Shown: positions 46,780 through 57,406, counted from the stretch's first letter. The stretch: 64,000 nt of DNA from Demequina sp. (GCA_030148645.1 JASBTB010000007.1:12571-76570), one strand, 5' to 3'. The notes: generated by a model from the sequence alone, not told the origin. Numbers and translations: made by a program.

Positions 46780-46957
46780 ACCGAATCCGGACGCGCCGCG
46801 CCGGACCGACCGGGACAAAACGCCCATGTTCTGGCGTGTCGCGCGTGAAAACGGTTCGGAGTGTCGGGACGGGCGGTCGCAAGTGTCGGGGCGGGCGGGC
46901 GCAGCACGATTCGTGCGCCCGACGCCGAGCACAAGTCACAGCACAAGGCCCCGAACG

Positions 46958-47143
46958 CTCGCGCTACACAGACTGCTGGGGCATGCGAAGCCCTCGACCA
47001 CACTTGACGTGTACTCGGACCTGTTCGACGCGGATCTCGACGCCGTTGCGGATGCGCTCGGGAGTGCTCGCGCTCGTACGCTTGCGGACTCTGTGCGGAC
47101 TGAGAGCTCGGTGCGGATCGACCGCCAGGAGGTTAGCGCATGA
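46958..47143 (+). pseudogene. C-terminal remnant of a tyrosine integrase
   Basis: LHRLLGHAKPSTTLDVYSDLFDADLDAVADAL (box II H...Y) with no upstream catalytic domain. Confidence 0.85.
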
Positions 47144-47161
47144 TTACCAGGGATTTTGAAG

Positions 47162-47234
47162 TGCGCCTGGGCAGATTCGAACTGCCGACACCCGCTTTAG
47201 GAGAGCGGTGCTCTATCCCCTGAGCTACAGGCGC
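47162..47234 (-). tRNA. tRNA-Arg(CCT)
   Basis: Reverse complement GCGCCTGTAGCTCAGGGGATAGAGCACCGCTCTCCTAAAGCGGGTGTCGGCAGTTCGAATCTGCCCAGGCGCA, 73 nt. Confidence 0.96.
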
Positions 47235-47438
47235 CGGGGCTCTCAGGTTACCGGTTCCACGAGGGTCGAAAGAATCCTCCAGCGTCATCGCAACGCCGCA
47301 GGCCTCGAGTTCCTTGCTCGGTGCCTCAAGTTCCTCGAACCGCCGGAGGCGAGCTTCGATCGAGAGCGGGCTGGTCCGGCCGGAAGCGCACGAGCAGACG
47401 ACACGCTGCGGGCCGGGCCCCAGGCGGCCGATAGACGA

Positions 47439-50144
47439 CTAGTCACTCACCGTCACCAGGTTCCTTTCGAGGATCGCAGCGCGCCCAGCTTCGAGCCTGG
47501 CGACGGGGATCCTGAATGGTGAGCACGAGACGTAATCGAGTCCGACGTCATGGAAGAACCGCACCGATTCGGGGTCTCCACCGTGCTCGCCGCACACGCC
47601 GAGCTTGATGCTCGTTCGCGTTGCCCGACCGGCTTCCACTGCCGTCTTCACGAGCTGTCCCACACCGTCGACGTCGAGGGTTTCGAACGGCGACACGGTG
47701 AACACGCCCTTGTCAAGGTATGAGGCGAAGAAGGCGGCCTCGACGTCGTCGCGCGAGAAGCCCCACGTCGTCTGAGTGAGGTCGTTCGTGCCAAACGAGA
47801 AGAACTCGGCAGCCTCTGCGATGCGGTGGGCGGTCAGCGCGGCCCGGGGCAGCTCGATCATCGTCCCGATCGGGATGGCAAGCTCCACACCGGCCTCGCT
47901 GGCAACCGCCGCTACGATTCCGTCGATCTCGTCCCGGATGAGATGAAGCTCCATGACGGAGCCGACGAGCGGCACCATGATCTCGACCTTCAGCCGACCG
48001 CCAGCGCGCAGCCGGGTGACCGCGGCCTCGGCGATCGCCCGCACCTGCACGCCGAAGAGTCCTGGAACGACCAGGCCAAGGCGCACCCCGCGCAGACCGA
48101 GCATCGGGTTACTCTCGTGCAGCCGGTTCACGGCATCGAGCAACCGGCTCTCAGCCTCGTGCGGTTCGCCCCGCTCCTCCGCGCGCGCCACCTTGACCAT
48201 GAGGTCGGCCCGATCTGGCAGGAACTCGTGCAGCGGCGGATCCAGCAGCCGGACCGTCGTTGGCATTCCGTCCATCGCCTCGAAGAGGGCGACGAAGTCG
48301 TCCCGTTGCGGGGGCAGCAGCGCGGCCAACGCCTCGTCCCGGTCCTGGTGGGTGTTGGCAAGGATCACCCGCTCGATGAGCACCCTGCGCTCCCCGAGGA
48401 ACATGTGCTCAGTCCGGCACAGTCCGATCCCTTGGGCGCCGAGACTGCGGGCCCTGGCAGCGTCGACCGCAGTGTCGGCATTGGCCCGCACGGCCAGCCG
48501 CCGCACGCTGTCTGCGTGCCGCAGCAGTCGGTCGACCGCCATGACGAGTTCGGCCGCCTCACCGTGCAGGCCCTGAACAGCCGCTACCAGGCCCTCCTCC
48601 AGGTACCTGGCGACCGGCGAAGGCACGACCGCGACCGCCCCGGCGTAGACCGCTCCCGTAGAGCCGTCGATCGAGAGCACGTCGCCCTGGCGCAAGAGGG
48701 TGTCCCCCGCGCGCATGCAACGCTCCTGCTCGTCAACGTCGAGCCCATCCGCACCACAGACCGCCGTGCGACCCATACCCCGGGCCACCACGGCAGCGTG
48801 GCTTGTCTTGCCCCCACGGCTTGTCAGGACCCCGATTGCCGCGATCATGCCCTCGAGGTCGTCAGGGGTTGTCTCGCGACGGATCAAGATGACGGACTCA
48901 CCCCGCGCGGCCCACTCGGTCGCCGTGGCGGAGTCGAATACCGCGCGGCCCACCGCAGCGCCGGGTGAGGCCGGTGTCGCGGTGGTGAGCTGGACACGCT
49001 CCTGGTCGGGGTCGAACTGCGGAAACATCAACTGTGCGAGTTGGGAGCCGGTCACCCGGCTCAGGGCCTCGTCGAGGCTGATGATCTGCTCGTCGACGAG
49101 CTGGACGGCGATTCGGAAGGCCGCGGCGGCAGTCCGCTTGCCAACCCTCGTTTGGAGCATCCAGAGCTTGCCGCGCTCGACCGTAAACTCGATGTCGCAC
49201 AGGTCTCGGTAGTGGCCCTCCAGCGTCCGCATGATCCCGAGAAGCTGCGCGTGGCTCGCTGGGTCGAGGCGCTCCATGTCCGCGAGCGAGAGGGTGTTGC
49301 GCACCCCGGCCACCACGTCCTCGCCCTGGGCGTTGGAAAGGTAATCGCCGTAGTCCCCGGTGTGGCCGGTGGCGGGGTCGCGCGTGAAGCAGACACCGGT
49401 GCCTGAGGTCTCGCCGAGATTGCCGAAAACCATCGTGCAGACGTTGACTGCCGTTCCCAGGTCGTGCGGAATGCGCTCGCGGCGCCGGTAGACGCGAGCC
49501 CTGTCGGTGTTCCATGAGTCGAAGACGGCGGAAATCGCGAGGTCCAACTGCTGGCGTGGGTCTTGCGGGAACGCTCGTCCGGTGCTCTCCAACACGATCC
49601 GCTGGTACTCCCCCACCAGAGCCTCGAGGTCGGCTGCGTCCAGCTCGACGTCGGTCTTCACGCCCTTCGCCTTCTTCAGAGTGTCGAGCGCACCGGAAAA
49701 CCGTGCCGCGTCGATGCCCAGCACGGTCCGCCCGAACATCTGCACGAGCCGGCGGTACGAGTCCCAAGCGAAGCGCGGGTTGGCCGAGACGCGCGCCAGC
49801 CCCGCCACGGACTCGTCCGTGAGGCCGACGTTCAGGACGGTCTCCATCATCCCTGGCATCGACGCCGTCGCGCCGGACCGCACGCTGACGAGTAGCGGGT
49901 CCTTAGGATCGCCAAGCCGTCGCCCGACGCTCGCCTCAAGCGTGTCGAGCGCCTCACTGACCTCGGCATCGAGGCTGTCCGGTGTGCTCCCGTACGCGAG
50001 GTAGTGACGGCACGCCTCGGTAGTAATGGTGAAACCTGGCGGAACAGGCAGGCCCAGTTTGGTCATCTCCGCAAGGTTTGCGCCCTTGCCGCCAAGGAGA
50101 GCCTTCATGGTGCGATCGCCGTAGGAAAAGGGGTATACGAACAT
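47439..50144 (-). CDS. ppdK: Pyruvate, phosphate dikinase (alternative start 50204)
   Basis: LLGGKGANLAEM, SVRSGA..SMPGMMETVLN, GGKTSHAAVVARG, GLCRTEHMF, FSFGTNDLTQ. Confidence 0.97.
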   Translation of the reverse strand: MFVYPFSYGDRTMKALLGGKGANLAEMTKLGLPVPPGFTITTEACRHYLAYGSTPDSLDAEVSEALDTLEASVGRRLGDPKDPLLVSVRSGATASMPGMMETVLNVGLTDESVAGLARVSANPRFAWDSYRRLVQMFGRTVLGIDAARFSGALDTLKKAKGVKTDVELDAADLEALVGEYQRIVLESTGRAFPQDPRQQLDLAISAVFDSWNTDRARVYRRRERIPHDLGTAVNVCTMVFGNLGETSGTGVCFTRDPATGHTGDYGDYLSNAQGEDVVAGVRNTLSLADMERLDPASHAQLLGIMRTLEGHYRDLCDIEFTVERGKLWMLQTRVGKRTAAAAFRIAVQLVDEQIISLDEALSRVTGSQLAQLMFPQFDPDQERVQLTTATPASPGAAVGRAVFDSATATEWAARGESVILIRRETTPDDLEGMIAAIGVLTSRGGKTSHAAVVARGMGRTAVCGADGLDVDEQERCMRAGDTLLRQGDVLSIDGSTGAVYAGAVAVVPSPVARYLEEGLVAAVQGLHGEAAELVMAVDRLLRHADSVRRLAVRANADTAVDAARARSLGAQGIGLCRTEHMFLGERRVLIERVILANTHQDRDEALAALLPPQRDDFVALFEAMDGMPTTVRLLDPPLHEFLPDRADLMVKVARAEERGEPHEAESRLLDAVNRLHESNPMLGLRGVRLGLVVPGLFGVQVRAIAEAAVTRLRAGGRLKVEIMVPLVGSVMELHLIRDEIDGIVAAVASEAGVELAIPIGTMIELPRAALTAHRIAEAAEFFSFGTNDLTQTTWGFSRDDVEAAFFASYLDKGVFTVSPFETLDVDGVGQLVKTAVEAGRATRTSIKLGVCGEHGGDPESVRFFHDVGLDYVSCSPFRIPVARLEAGRAAILERNLVTVSD

Positions 50145-50482
50145 GACCAGGTGCCGCCTCTCGTGTCCGGGGTAGTGGCCATCGAACGGGCCTCCGGCCG
50201 CCACCGGATCAAATGAGCTTGTTGAGCGAGGCGCGGACCGCGTGGGGACAATCCGCTATGCGCATATCCTTGCACGGGCGCTGAAACTCCACATGGTCAA
50301 CGCCCTTGACCGCCTGCTCGACCCGCAGACCCCGAGGGGGTTGGCTTGGGCGGCATCGGCACGCAAGGGGGCGGCTTGTCGCCCTCCAAGGGAGCGTGGG
50401 TGGCGCCAGTCATGTTCCGCCCGGGGCGTCCGCGTGTGGGACACAACCGACCTGTTGCCCCGAAAGAAACTCCCAGGGACCA

Positions 50483-51478
50483 CTACCAGCGGGCGTGCAC
50501 GTGCTCGCGAATCGAGTCGTTGTAGATCCGCGCAAGTTCCGCCATGGTGGCGTCGTCGATCGCGGGCAGTTCGCCCACCGCCGCGTTGCCCTGCGCCTGC
50601 TCCACCGTGCGCGCACCGGGGATCGCCGTGGCGATGCCGGATTGCGTGAGCCATCGAAGCGCCAACTGCGTCGTCGTCCACCCCTCGGGCGTCAGGGCGG
50701 CAACCTCGCGCGCCGCGCGCACACCGACGTCGAACGGCACCCCTGCGAACGTCTCACCCACGTCGAAGGCGGCGCCGTCGCGGTTGTAGTTGCGGTGGTC
50801 GTTCTCGGCAAACGTGGTGGTCTCGTCGTACTTGCCCGACAGCAGTCCCGATGCGAGGGGCACGCGCGCGATGATACCCACGCCAAGTCGGGCCGCCTCG
50901 GTAGCCACCTGTTCCAGCGGCTTGCGGCGGAACACGTTGACGACGATCTGGATCGACGCCAAGTCGGGCTCCCGCAACGCTTGGAGCGCCTCGTCTACTT
51001 TTTCGACCGAAACGCCCCACGCGCGCACTCGACCCTCGTCGACCAACACGCGCAAGGCGTCGTACGTGGCGGGGTCGAAGAACACGGGAGTGGGCGGGCA
51101 GTGAAGCTGGATCAGGTCGAGCGTGTCGACCCCGAGGTTCTCCCGGGAGCGATCGGTCCACGCCCTGAACGCATCCAGCGTGTAGGCCTTGGCCTCGTGC
51201 GGTTGCGCGCGCCTACCCATCTTGGTCGCGACAAAGAACCTGTCAGCATCGGCGCAGGATGCGAGGAAGGAGCCGATCGCTCGCTCCGAACGACCGTCGC
51301 CATACACGTCGGCGGTGTCGAAAAACGTGACGCCCGAGTCGGCAGCCGCCTCGAGAATCGCCTGTGAGCGATCCTCGTCTACGTTGCCCCAGTCCGCACC
51401 GAGTTGCCAGCAACCCAGGCCGATTTCGCTGACGTGGCGGCCTAGCCGCTCAATCTTTGAAGTGCGCATGGGTTCCAC
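50483..51478 (-). CDS. Aldo/keto reductase
   Basis: IGLGCWQLG, FFDTADVYGDG, VATKMG, DLIQLH. Confidence 0.93.
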   Translation of the reverse strand: MEPMRTSKIERLGRHVSEIGLGCWQLGADWGNVDEDRSQAILEAAADSGVTFFDTADVYGDGRSERAIGSFLASCADADRFFVATKMGRRAQPHEAKAYTLDAFRAWTDRSRENLGVDTLDLIQLHCPPTPVFFDPATYDALRVLVDEGRVRAWGVSVEKVDEALQALREPDLASIQIVVNVFRRKPLEQVATEAARLGVGIIARVPLASGLLSGKYDETTTFAENDHRNYNRDGAAFDVGETFAGVPFDVGVRAAREVAALTPEGWTTTQLALRWLTQSGIATAIPGARTVEQAQGNAAVGELPAIDDATMAELARIYNDSIREHVHARW

Positions 51479-51514
51479 GCTACGGGACCACGAGCGCCGA
51501 CCGTGCCATGGAGC

Positions 51515-52183
51515 CTAGCCAGTGACGCGAACGTACACCGGGTTCTTCTGCCAGATGGGGCGGAACTGAATCGTCTTGCCGGGTCGCGGCGAGTCGATCT
51601 GCAGGTTGGGCCCGGCGTAGATGCCCAAGTGGCCGGGCGACACGATAATGTCGCCGACCTCGGGAGTGCTCACGCGAGTGCCCACGTTGTAATAGGCACC
51701 CGAGGTGCGCGGCAAAGAAATGCCAAACTGCGCATACACGTAACTCACGAAGCCTGAGCAGTCAAAGCCCGTGCTGGGCGAGGTGCCACCCAACAGGTAG
51801 AGGATGCCAACGTACTTGGCCGCCTCGGCGATCACTGCGGATCCTGCAACGGCCTGGGCCACGTCGGCGCTGTTGGCCACGGTCCGAGCCGAGGAAACCG
51901 GTGCCGCACGCCGCACTACCGGCTTGGGGTTGGGCTTCACATCCAAAGACGGGGTCTCTACCGTGAATCCCGCCGCGGAATCGGCAACGACAGGAGCGCC
52001 AATCTGCTCGACCTGGTCGACGAACTCGGCGCCTTGGCTGGCCACCGCGTCCACGTCGGGCGTCACCGGTGTTTCACCGGCGATCGCGACGGCGGCCGCT
52101 CCCGACACGGGCACCACAATCAGCGCCACACCTGCCGAAACTGCCGCCGCGCGCGTCTTGGCGCGCATGTATCCGTACCTCAA
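51515..52183 (-). CDS. NlpC/P60 (C40) peptidase
   Basis: Signal-like N-terminus; GFDCSGFVSYVY, GHLGIY. Confidence 0.92.
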   Translation of the reverse strand: MRYGYMRAKTRAAAVSAGVALIVVPVSGAAAVAIAGETPVTPDVDAVASQGAEFVDQVEQIGAPVVADSAAGFTVETPSLDVKPNPKPVVRRAAPVSSARTVANSADVAQAVAGSAVIAEAAKYVGILYLLGGTSPSTGFDCSGFVSYVYAQFGISLPRTSGAYYNVGTRVSTPEVGDIIVSPGHLGIYAGPNLQIDSPRPGKTIQFRPIWQKNPVYVRVTG

Positions 52184-52303
52184 ATTCCCGTTCCCTTCGC
52201 GCTGTCAGCGCCGCTCAGCATCGTGCCCGATCCCAGATCGCCATCACGTGGCTGACCGCTCGCACCATGCCCGGGGCGGAAGATACCGCTCCTGTTGACC
52301 AAA

Positions 52304-53020
52304 CTACGGTACCTGATAGCCAGCGTGCCTGGCTTCCGGGCTAACGAATAGGTGGCGCGCAACGTCCCCGGAAACCACCACCGATCCGCGGTCCGTGGAC
52401 AACTCGACATCGTCTCCGGCGGACCTCAGGCGGATCGAAGTGCCCGGTAGCAGGCCTACTTCAAAGGCGTCCTGGAGGAAACCGGCGAGTGCCTGTGGGT
52501 TTTCACCGATTCTTACCAGGATGGCATTAGTTACGCCCTCAGCGAACGCTGCCGCGATACTGATGGGCTCGGCGCCAGCGGCGGGCTCGGCCACCGGAAC
52601 CACATCCAACTCCTCAAGGCCGGGAATGAGGTTCCCGTAGGGGGACCTCGCGGGGCGTCCCAGCATCTCCACCAACCGGCGCTCCACGCGGTCGCTCATC
52701 ACGTGCTCCCACCGGCAAGCCTCTTCATGAACGTGTGGCAGATCCAGTCCGATCACGTCGGTCAGCAGCCTCTCGGCGAGCCGGTGCTTGCGCATCACCT
52801 TGGTTGCTCGGTCGACGCCCGCCGCAGTGAGGACCAACGTGCGATCCTCCCCCACCACCACGAATCCGTCGCGTTCCATCCGGGCGATGGTCTGCGAAAC
52901 GGTGGGACCCGAATGCCCAAGTTGGTCGGCGATCCGCGCCCTCAGCGGCGGCACGCCGTCTTCGATCAGCTCGTAGATGGTTCGCAGGTACATCTCGGTG
53001 GTGTCGATCAGGTCAGTCAT
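52304..53020 (-). CDS. ideR: DtxR/IdeR iron-dependent regulator
   Basis: DTTEMYLRTIYEL...LRARIA..LGHSGPTVSQT.ARMERDG, MRKHRLAERLL, HEEACRWEHVMS. Confidence 0.9.
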   Translation of the reverse strand: MTDLIDTTEMYLRTIYELIEDGVPPLRARIADQLGHSGPTVSQTIARMERDGFVVVGEDRTLVLTAAGVDRATKVMRKHRLAERLLTDVIGLDLPHVHEEACRWEHVMSDRVERRLVEMLGRPARSPYGNLIPGLEELDVVPVAEPAAGAEPISIAAAFAEGVTNAILVRIGENPQALAGFLQDAFEVGLLPGTSIRLRSAGDDVELSTDRGSVVVSGDVARHLFVSPEARHAGYQVP

Positions 53021-54348
53021 GTGGTGTACCTACCCATGCCTCGATACCGCCATCCGGCGGCCTTCCACGACTCGACATCAAGACAGTTTCGCGCATCGAT
53101 CACGAGATCGCCGCGGCAGTGGGATCGCAGTTCCACGGGATCCGCCTGTCGGAACTCTTTCCATTCTGTGGACACGACCACCACGTCGGCGTCTCGCACC
53201 GCGTCCATCATGGAGACCGAGAACGTCAAGGTGGGCCACACCTGCCTGGCGTTGCCCATCGCCTGGGGGTCATACACCCTGACGTCGGCGCCCATGAGGT
53301 GCAGACGGCCTGCCACGTCAAGGGCCGGTGAGTCGCGCACGTCGTCGCTGTTGGGCTTGAACGCGGCGCCCAGCACCGCGACGGTGCGCCCGGCGATCTT
53401 GCCTCCCAGTTCCCGTTCGGCAAGGTCCAGCACGTGCTGCCTACGCCGCACGTTGACCGAGTCCACCTCCCGCAAGAACGCGAGCGCCTGATCGACGCCG
53501 AGCTCCGCCGCCCGCGCCTGGAAGGCCCGGATATCCTTGGGTAGGCACCCGCCGCCGAAACCAAGCCCGGCGCCCAAGAACTTGCGGCCGATGCGGTCGT
53601 CGTAGCCGATGGCATCGGCCAGTTCCACCACGTCCGCGCCGGTCGCCTCGCACACCTCGGCGATCGCGTTGATGAAGGAGATTTTGGTGGCAAGGAACGC
53701 GTTTGCGCTGACCTTGACGAGTTCCGCCGTCGGCAAGTCGGTGACGAGGAACGGGGTGCCCCTGCCGATGATCTCGGCATACACCTCACGGGTGACCGCC
53801 TCGATGCGGCCGGGACGTTCCCTGTCGATACCCAGAACCTGGCGATCGGGCCTCAACGTGTCCTCGACCGCATGGCCCTCGCGCAGAAACTCAGGGTTCC
53901 ACCCCAGTTCCGCCTTGTCGCCCACGGGCGCAAGTTCGCGCACGCGTTGCGCCACGCGCGCTGCCGTGCCCACCGGCACGGTCGACTTGCCGAGAATCAC
54001 CGTGGGGCGTTCAAGCAACGGCGCGAGGGTTTCGATCACGGCGTCGATGAATGTCATGTCGGCGGCATATTCGCCGCGCTTTTGCGGGGTGCCCACGCCG
54101 ATGAAGTGGACGTCCGCGTCGGCGGCCTGAGCCGCATCGGTCGTAAACCTCAGGCGCCCCGACTTGACATGCTTAGACAGTAGCTCTGGTAGCCCCGGCT
54201 CGAAGAAGGGAGCCTCACCTTCGGACAGCCGCGCCACCTTCACAGGGTCCACGTCAACTCCGACGACGTCGTGTCCCAGTTCGGCCATCCCCGCGGCATG
54301 CGTCGCCCCCAGATACCCGGTGCCGAAAACCGATACGCGCATCGTCAT
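53017..54348 (-). CDS. ugd: UDP-glucose 6-dehydrogenase
   Basis: FGTGYLG, WNPEFLREG, GFGGGCLPKD, FKPNSDDVRDSP. Confidence 0.95.
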   Translation of the reverse strand: MTMRVSVFGTGYLGATHAAGMAELGHDVVGVDVDPVKVARLSEGEAPFFEPGLPELLSKHVKSGRLRFTTDAAQAADADVHFIGVGTPQKRGEYAADMTFIDAVIETLAPLLERPTVILGKSTVPVGTAARVAQRVRELAPVGDKAELGWNPEFLREGHAVEDTLRPDRQVLGIDRERPGRIEAVTREVYAEIIGRGTPFLVTDLPTAELVKVSANAFLATKISFINAIAEVCEATGADVVELADAIGYDDRIGRKFLGAGLGFGGGCLPKDIRAFQARAAELGVDQALAFLREVDSVNVRRRQHVLDLAERELGGKIAGRTVAVLGAAFKPNSDDVRDSPALDVAGRLHLMGADVRVYDPQAMGNARQVWPTLTFSVSMMDAVRDADVVVVSTEWKEFRQADPVELRSHCRGDLVIDARNCLDVESWKAAGWRYRGMGRYTT

Positions 54349-54357
54349 GACGCCAGA

Positions 54358-55503
54358 CTAGTCGCGCCCGTGGGGTACGGATGCGACTGCGGTCACACCT
54401 TGGGAGGTGACCGTGACCGGCCCCGCACAAGCGCGCACAAACACGGCGTGACCCTGGGCCAGCGCCCGCGTTTCGGCCTCGGTCGCGACCTCGCATTCAC
54501 TGCCGAGAGCCAAGACGATGCGGGGCCCATCCGTGACGACCACGGTGCCGCCTTCGACGATGTCGAGGCAGAATTCGGTGGCATCAGGACGAAAGCGACG
54601 CACCCCGCGCTCCGTCCACACCTCCGGACGTACGGGAATCGTCGGTTCGAGCAGGGCAAGCCTTCTCAACAGTGCGGTGTTGACCGGTTTCGAGGTCAGC
54701 CCCGCACGCACGACGCTGTCCGAGTTCGCCATGAGCTCAAGCCCCATGCCGCCCAGATAGCAGTGCACGATGCCGGCGGGGGTGAAGACCGCCTCACCGG
54801 GGGCCAACGACACGGCGTTCATCGCCAACGCGACGAGCACGCCGGGGTCTCCTGGATAGGTCCGTGCGGCCAGACGCGCCCCCCCCAGCGAGCCGTCCGC
54901 GTCCTCCGGCAACGACGCCAGCGCAGCCACCGTGTCAAGGTGTCCGTCGTCGAGCGCGGCCGTGACATAGGCGGCAACTGACCCGGTGTCGAGTGCCTTC
55001 ATCAGCGCCAGCGCGCCCGCACCGCCAAGCGACTCCAGGTCGTGGCGCAGGTCGGATGCCGGGCGAAACCCGATGAGCACCACCATCGGTGTCATGGCCA
55101 CCAGCAACTCGGGCTTGTGCGAGTCGTCCTTGAACGTGCGCGCGCACGAGTCGTAGGCGATGCCTTGCGCCTGCTCGGCCGCGAATCCGTCGCGGGCGGC
55201 AACAGCCGTCGGATGGACCTGGATGGACAGCGGCCTTGCGATGGACAGCACCTTCAGCAAGTAGGGCAGACGCCCAAAACTCTCAGCCACCTCGGCGCCC
55301 AGTGCGGCCACCGGGTCGCGGGCTATCACGGCGTCGAGGGTTCCCTCCTCGGTGCCGGACGGCACGAGCGGGTGCGCCCCCCACCACGCTTCCGCGTACG
55401 GCCCACCGTCGGAGTCGATGCCCAGCAGGTGAGGCAGGTCCTCCGGCGCCCCCCAATCGAAGCGTTGCACGGCGGGAGTCAGGGCGATCACCCACGCCAT
55501 CAT
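54358..55503 (-). CDS. manA: Mannose-6-phosphate isomerase, class I
   Basis: AEAWWGAHP, LLKVLSIARPLSIQVHP, DDSHKPE, HCYLGG..LELMANSD. Confidence 0.92.
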   Translation of the reverse strand: MMAWVIALTPAVQRFDWGAPEDLPHLLGIDSDGGPYAEAWWGAHPLVPSGTEEGTLDAVIARDPVAALGAEVAESFGRLPYLLKVLSIARPLSIQVHPTAVAARDGFAAEQAQGIAYDSCARTFKDDSHKPELLVAMTPMVVLIGFRPASDLRHDLESLGGAGALALMKALDTGSVAAYVTAALDDGHLDTVAALASLPEDADGSLGGARLAARTYPGDPGVLVALAMNAVSLAPGEAVFTPAGIVHCYLGGMGLELMANSDSVVRAGLTSKPVNTALLRRLALLEPTIPVRPEVWTERGVRRFRPDATEFCLDIVEGGTVVVTDGPRIVLALGSECEVATEAETRALAQGHAVFVRACAGPVTVTSQGVTAVASVPHGRD

Positions 55504-55532
55504 GCCATCGAACCGCCCGCTACTGTGTGCGT

Positions 55533-56651
55533 ATGGCCATGAAGTCGACAATCCCTAGCCGCCTGTTGCCGCGGGACGGCAGGTTTGGCTCGGGGCCCTC
55601 CAAGGTGCGCGCCGCGCAGGTGCAAGCAGTTGCCGACGCGAACCCGACGGTGCTCGGCACGTCGCATCGGCAGGCCCCTGTGCGCGGGCTCGTCGGCGAT
55701 GTGCGGCGCCTGCTCGCCGAACTGTACCGATTGCCCGACGGATACGAGGTACTGCTGTCCAACGGCGGGGCGTCGTTCGTGTGGGACGCGGCGGCGTTCG
55801 GCCTCATCCGGGACAAGGCTCAACTCGCGGCCTTCGGGGAGTTCGGTTCCAAGTTCGCCGCATCCGTTTGCGCGGCACCCCACCTGGACGAACCGACCGT
55901 GCATCGTGCCGCCCCCGGATCCATCGCGGTGCCCGTGCTCGAGGCCGGTGTCGACACGTACGCGTGGCCACACAACGAGACGTCCACAGGCGCGTGCGCC
56001 CCCGTCCACCGCGTCGGGGAGGCTAGCGAGGCCCTCATCGTGGTCGACGGAACCTCTGCTGCGGGCGCAATCGAACTCGACCCCACCCAGGTGGATTTCT
56101 ACTACTTCGCGCCACAAAAGTCCTTCGCGTCCGACGGCGGCCTATGGTTCGCGCTGACCTCCCCTGCGGCGGTGGAACGCATCGAGCACATCGCGGCGAG
56201 CGGCCGATACGTCCCGGCGTCCTTGTCCCTGGCCGATGCGGTGACCCATTCGCGGGCCGACCAGACCCTCAACACACCAGCGATCACCACGCTGATCATG
56301 ATGCGAGCCCAACTCGAATGGATGCTGGACCAAGGCGGCCTCGCCGCGATGGCCGCCCGATCCGCGGCATCGTCCACCGCCATCTACGAGTGGGCCGAGT
56401 CGCGCGACTTCACCTCGCCGTTCGTCGCGCACCGCGCCCACCGCTCACCCGTGGTCGTCACCGTCGACCTCAGCGACGACGTCGACTCCAGCCAGTTGCA
56501 GGCGATCCTGCGGGCCCACGGCATCGTGGACGTCTTCGCGTACCGCAAGTTGGGGCGCAACCAGGTCAGGATCGGCGTGTTCCCCGCCGTCGCGACGGCC
56601 GATGTCGAGGCGCTGCTTGCGTGCATCGATTGGGTGGTCGACCACCGGTGA
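55533..56651 (+). CDS. serC: Phosphoserine aminotransferase
   Basis: PRDGRFGSGPSK, HNETSTG, DGTSAAG, YYFAPQKSFASDGG, QTLNTP. Confidence 0.95.
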   Translation: MAMKSTIPSRLLPRDGRFGSGPSKVRAAQVQAVADANPTVLGTSHRQAPVRGLVGDVRRLLAELYRLPDGYEVLLSNGGASFVWDAAAFGLIRDKAQLAAFGEFGSKFAASVCAAPHLDEPTVHRAAPGSIAVPVLEAGVDTYAWPHNETSTGACAPVHRVGEASEALIVVDGTSAAGAIELDPTQVDFYYFAPQKSFASDGGLWFALTSPAAVERIEHIAASGRYVPASLSLADAVTHSRADQTLNTPAITTLIMMRAQLEWMLDQGGLAAMAARSAASSTAIYEWAESRDFTSPFVAHRAHRSPVVVTVDLSDDVDSSQLQAILRAHGIVDVFAYRKLGRNQVRIGVFPAVATADVEALLACIDWVVDHR

Positions 56652-57391
56652 CGACGCAACGACCGGGCTCCGCCGCCACGTCGACCTGGCGGCGGTGGGC
56701 CGCGCCCTTCGCCCTGGGCCTCGTGGCGGTGTTTGCGACGGCTACGATCGTGCGCGCCGCCTTGCCCGCGGCGGATACCGTGGTGGCCGAGGTTCGAGCC
56801 CCCTCCGGCGAGTCTCCGGTACCGCAGATCGCTGCCCCAGCACCCACAGCCAGTCCCGAACCCTTCGTCTCACCCATCGAGATTGTGCTGCCTCCACCTC
56901 CACCTCCGCCACCGCCCGTTGCCAAGACGCCCAAGCGGGGATCGTCGAGCCAACGCAGCCAGGCGGCCACCAGCGCGGGCGTCACCACGACCGCGGCCTG
57001 GTGCGACGGTGGCTACGGTGCGACGGCATCGGCGTCGAGCGTCGGTGGCCTCCTGGACGCCGCGAACGCGGAGCGTGCCCGCTGGGGGTTGAGCACGCTG
57101 GCGTGGAATGGCGCCCTGGCGAGCGACGCGCAAGCCTGGTCCCAGGCTCAGGCCGCAAACAACGACCTCTCCCATGGGATGGCACCGAGCCCTGGAGGCC
57201 AAAACGTGGCGTACCGCTACTCGTCTGGCGGACAGTCGCAATCCGGTGCGGCGACGTGGGCCCATTCCGCATGGATGGCGTCGCCCAGCCACTGCAAAAA
57301 CATCCTGAACACCAGGTGGAACTCCATGGGGGCGGGTGCGGCGTCGGTCGATGGCGGCAACACCTGGTTCCTCACCGTGAACTTCCAGTAG
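56648..57391 (+). CDS. Secreted CAP (SCP) domain protein
   Basis: TM and Pro-rich linker; ANAERAR.GL..L.WN..L...AQAWS...GQNV...WMASPSHCKNILN. Confidence 0.85.
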   Translation: MTTQRPGSAATSTWRRWAAPFALGLVAVFATATIVRAALPAADTVVAEVRAPSGESPVPQIAAPAPTASPEPFVSPIEIVLPPPPPPPPPVAKTPKRGSSSQRSQAATSAGVTTTAAWCDGGYGATASASSVGGLLDAANAERARWGLSTLAWNGALASDAQAWSQAQAANNDLSHGMAPSPGGQNVAYRYSSGGQSQSGAATWAHSAWMASPSHCKNILNTRWNSMGAGAASVDGGNTWFLTVNFQ

Positions 57392-57406
57392 TGGTGGCGG
57401 GGATGC

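Larger units (their letters stand above)
42869..47161. mobile_element. Decayed metal/redox islet at the 3' end of tRNA-Arg; left boundary approximate
   Basis: Integrase remnant next to the tRNA, MerR/CsoR-controlled cargo and a pseudogene; no att duplication found. Confidence 0.6.

Noticed and set aside
52184-52303. c-di-AMP (ydaO) riboswitch upstream of the NlpC/P60 gene
   Set aside because: Expected in this context, but the conserved ydaO sequence blocks are not recognisable and the gap is short
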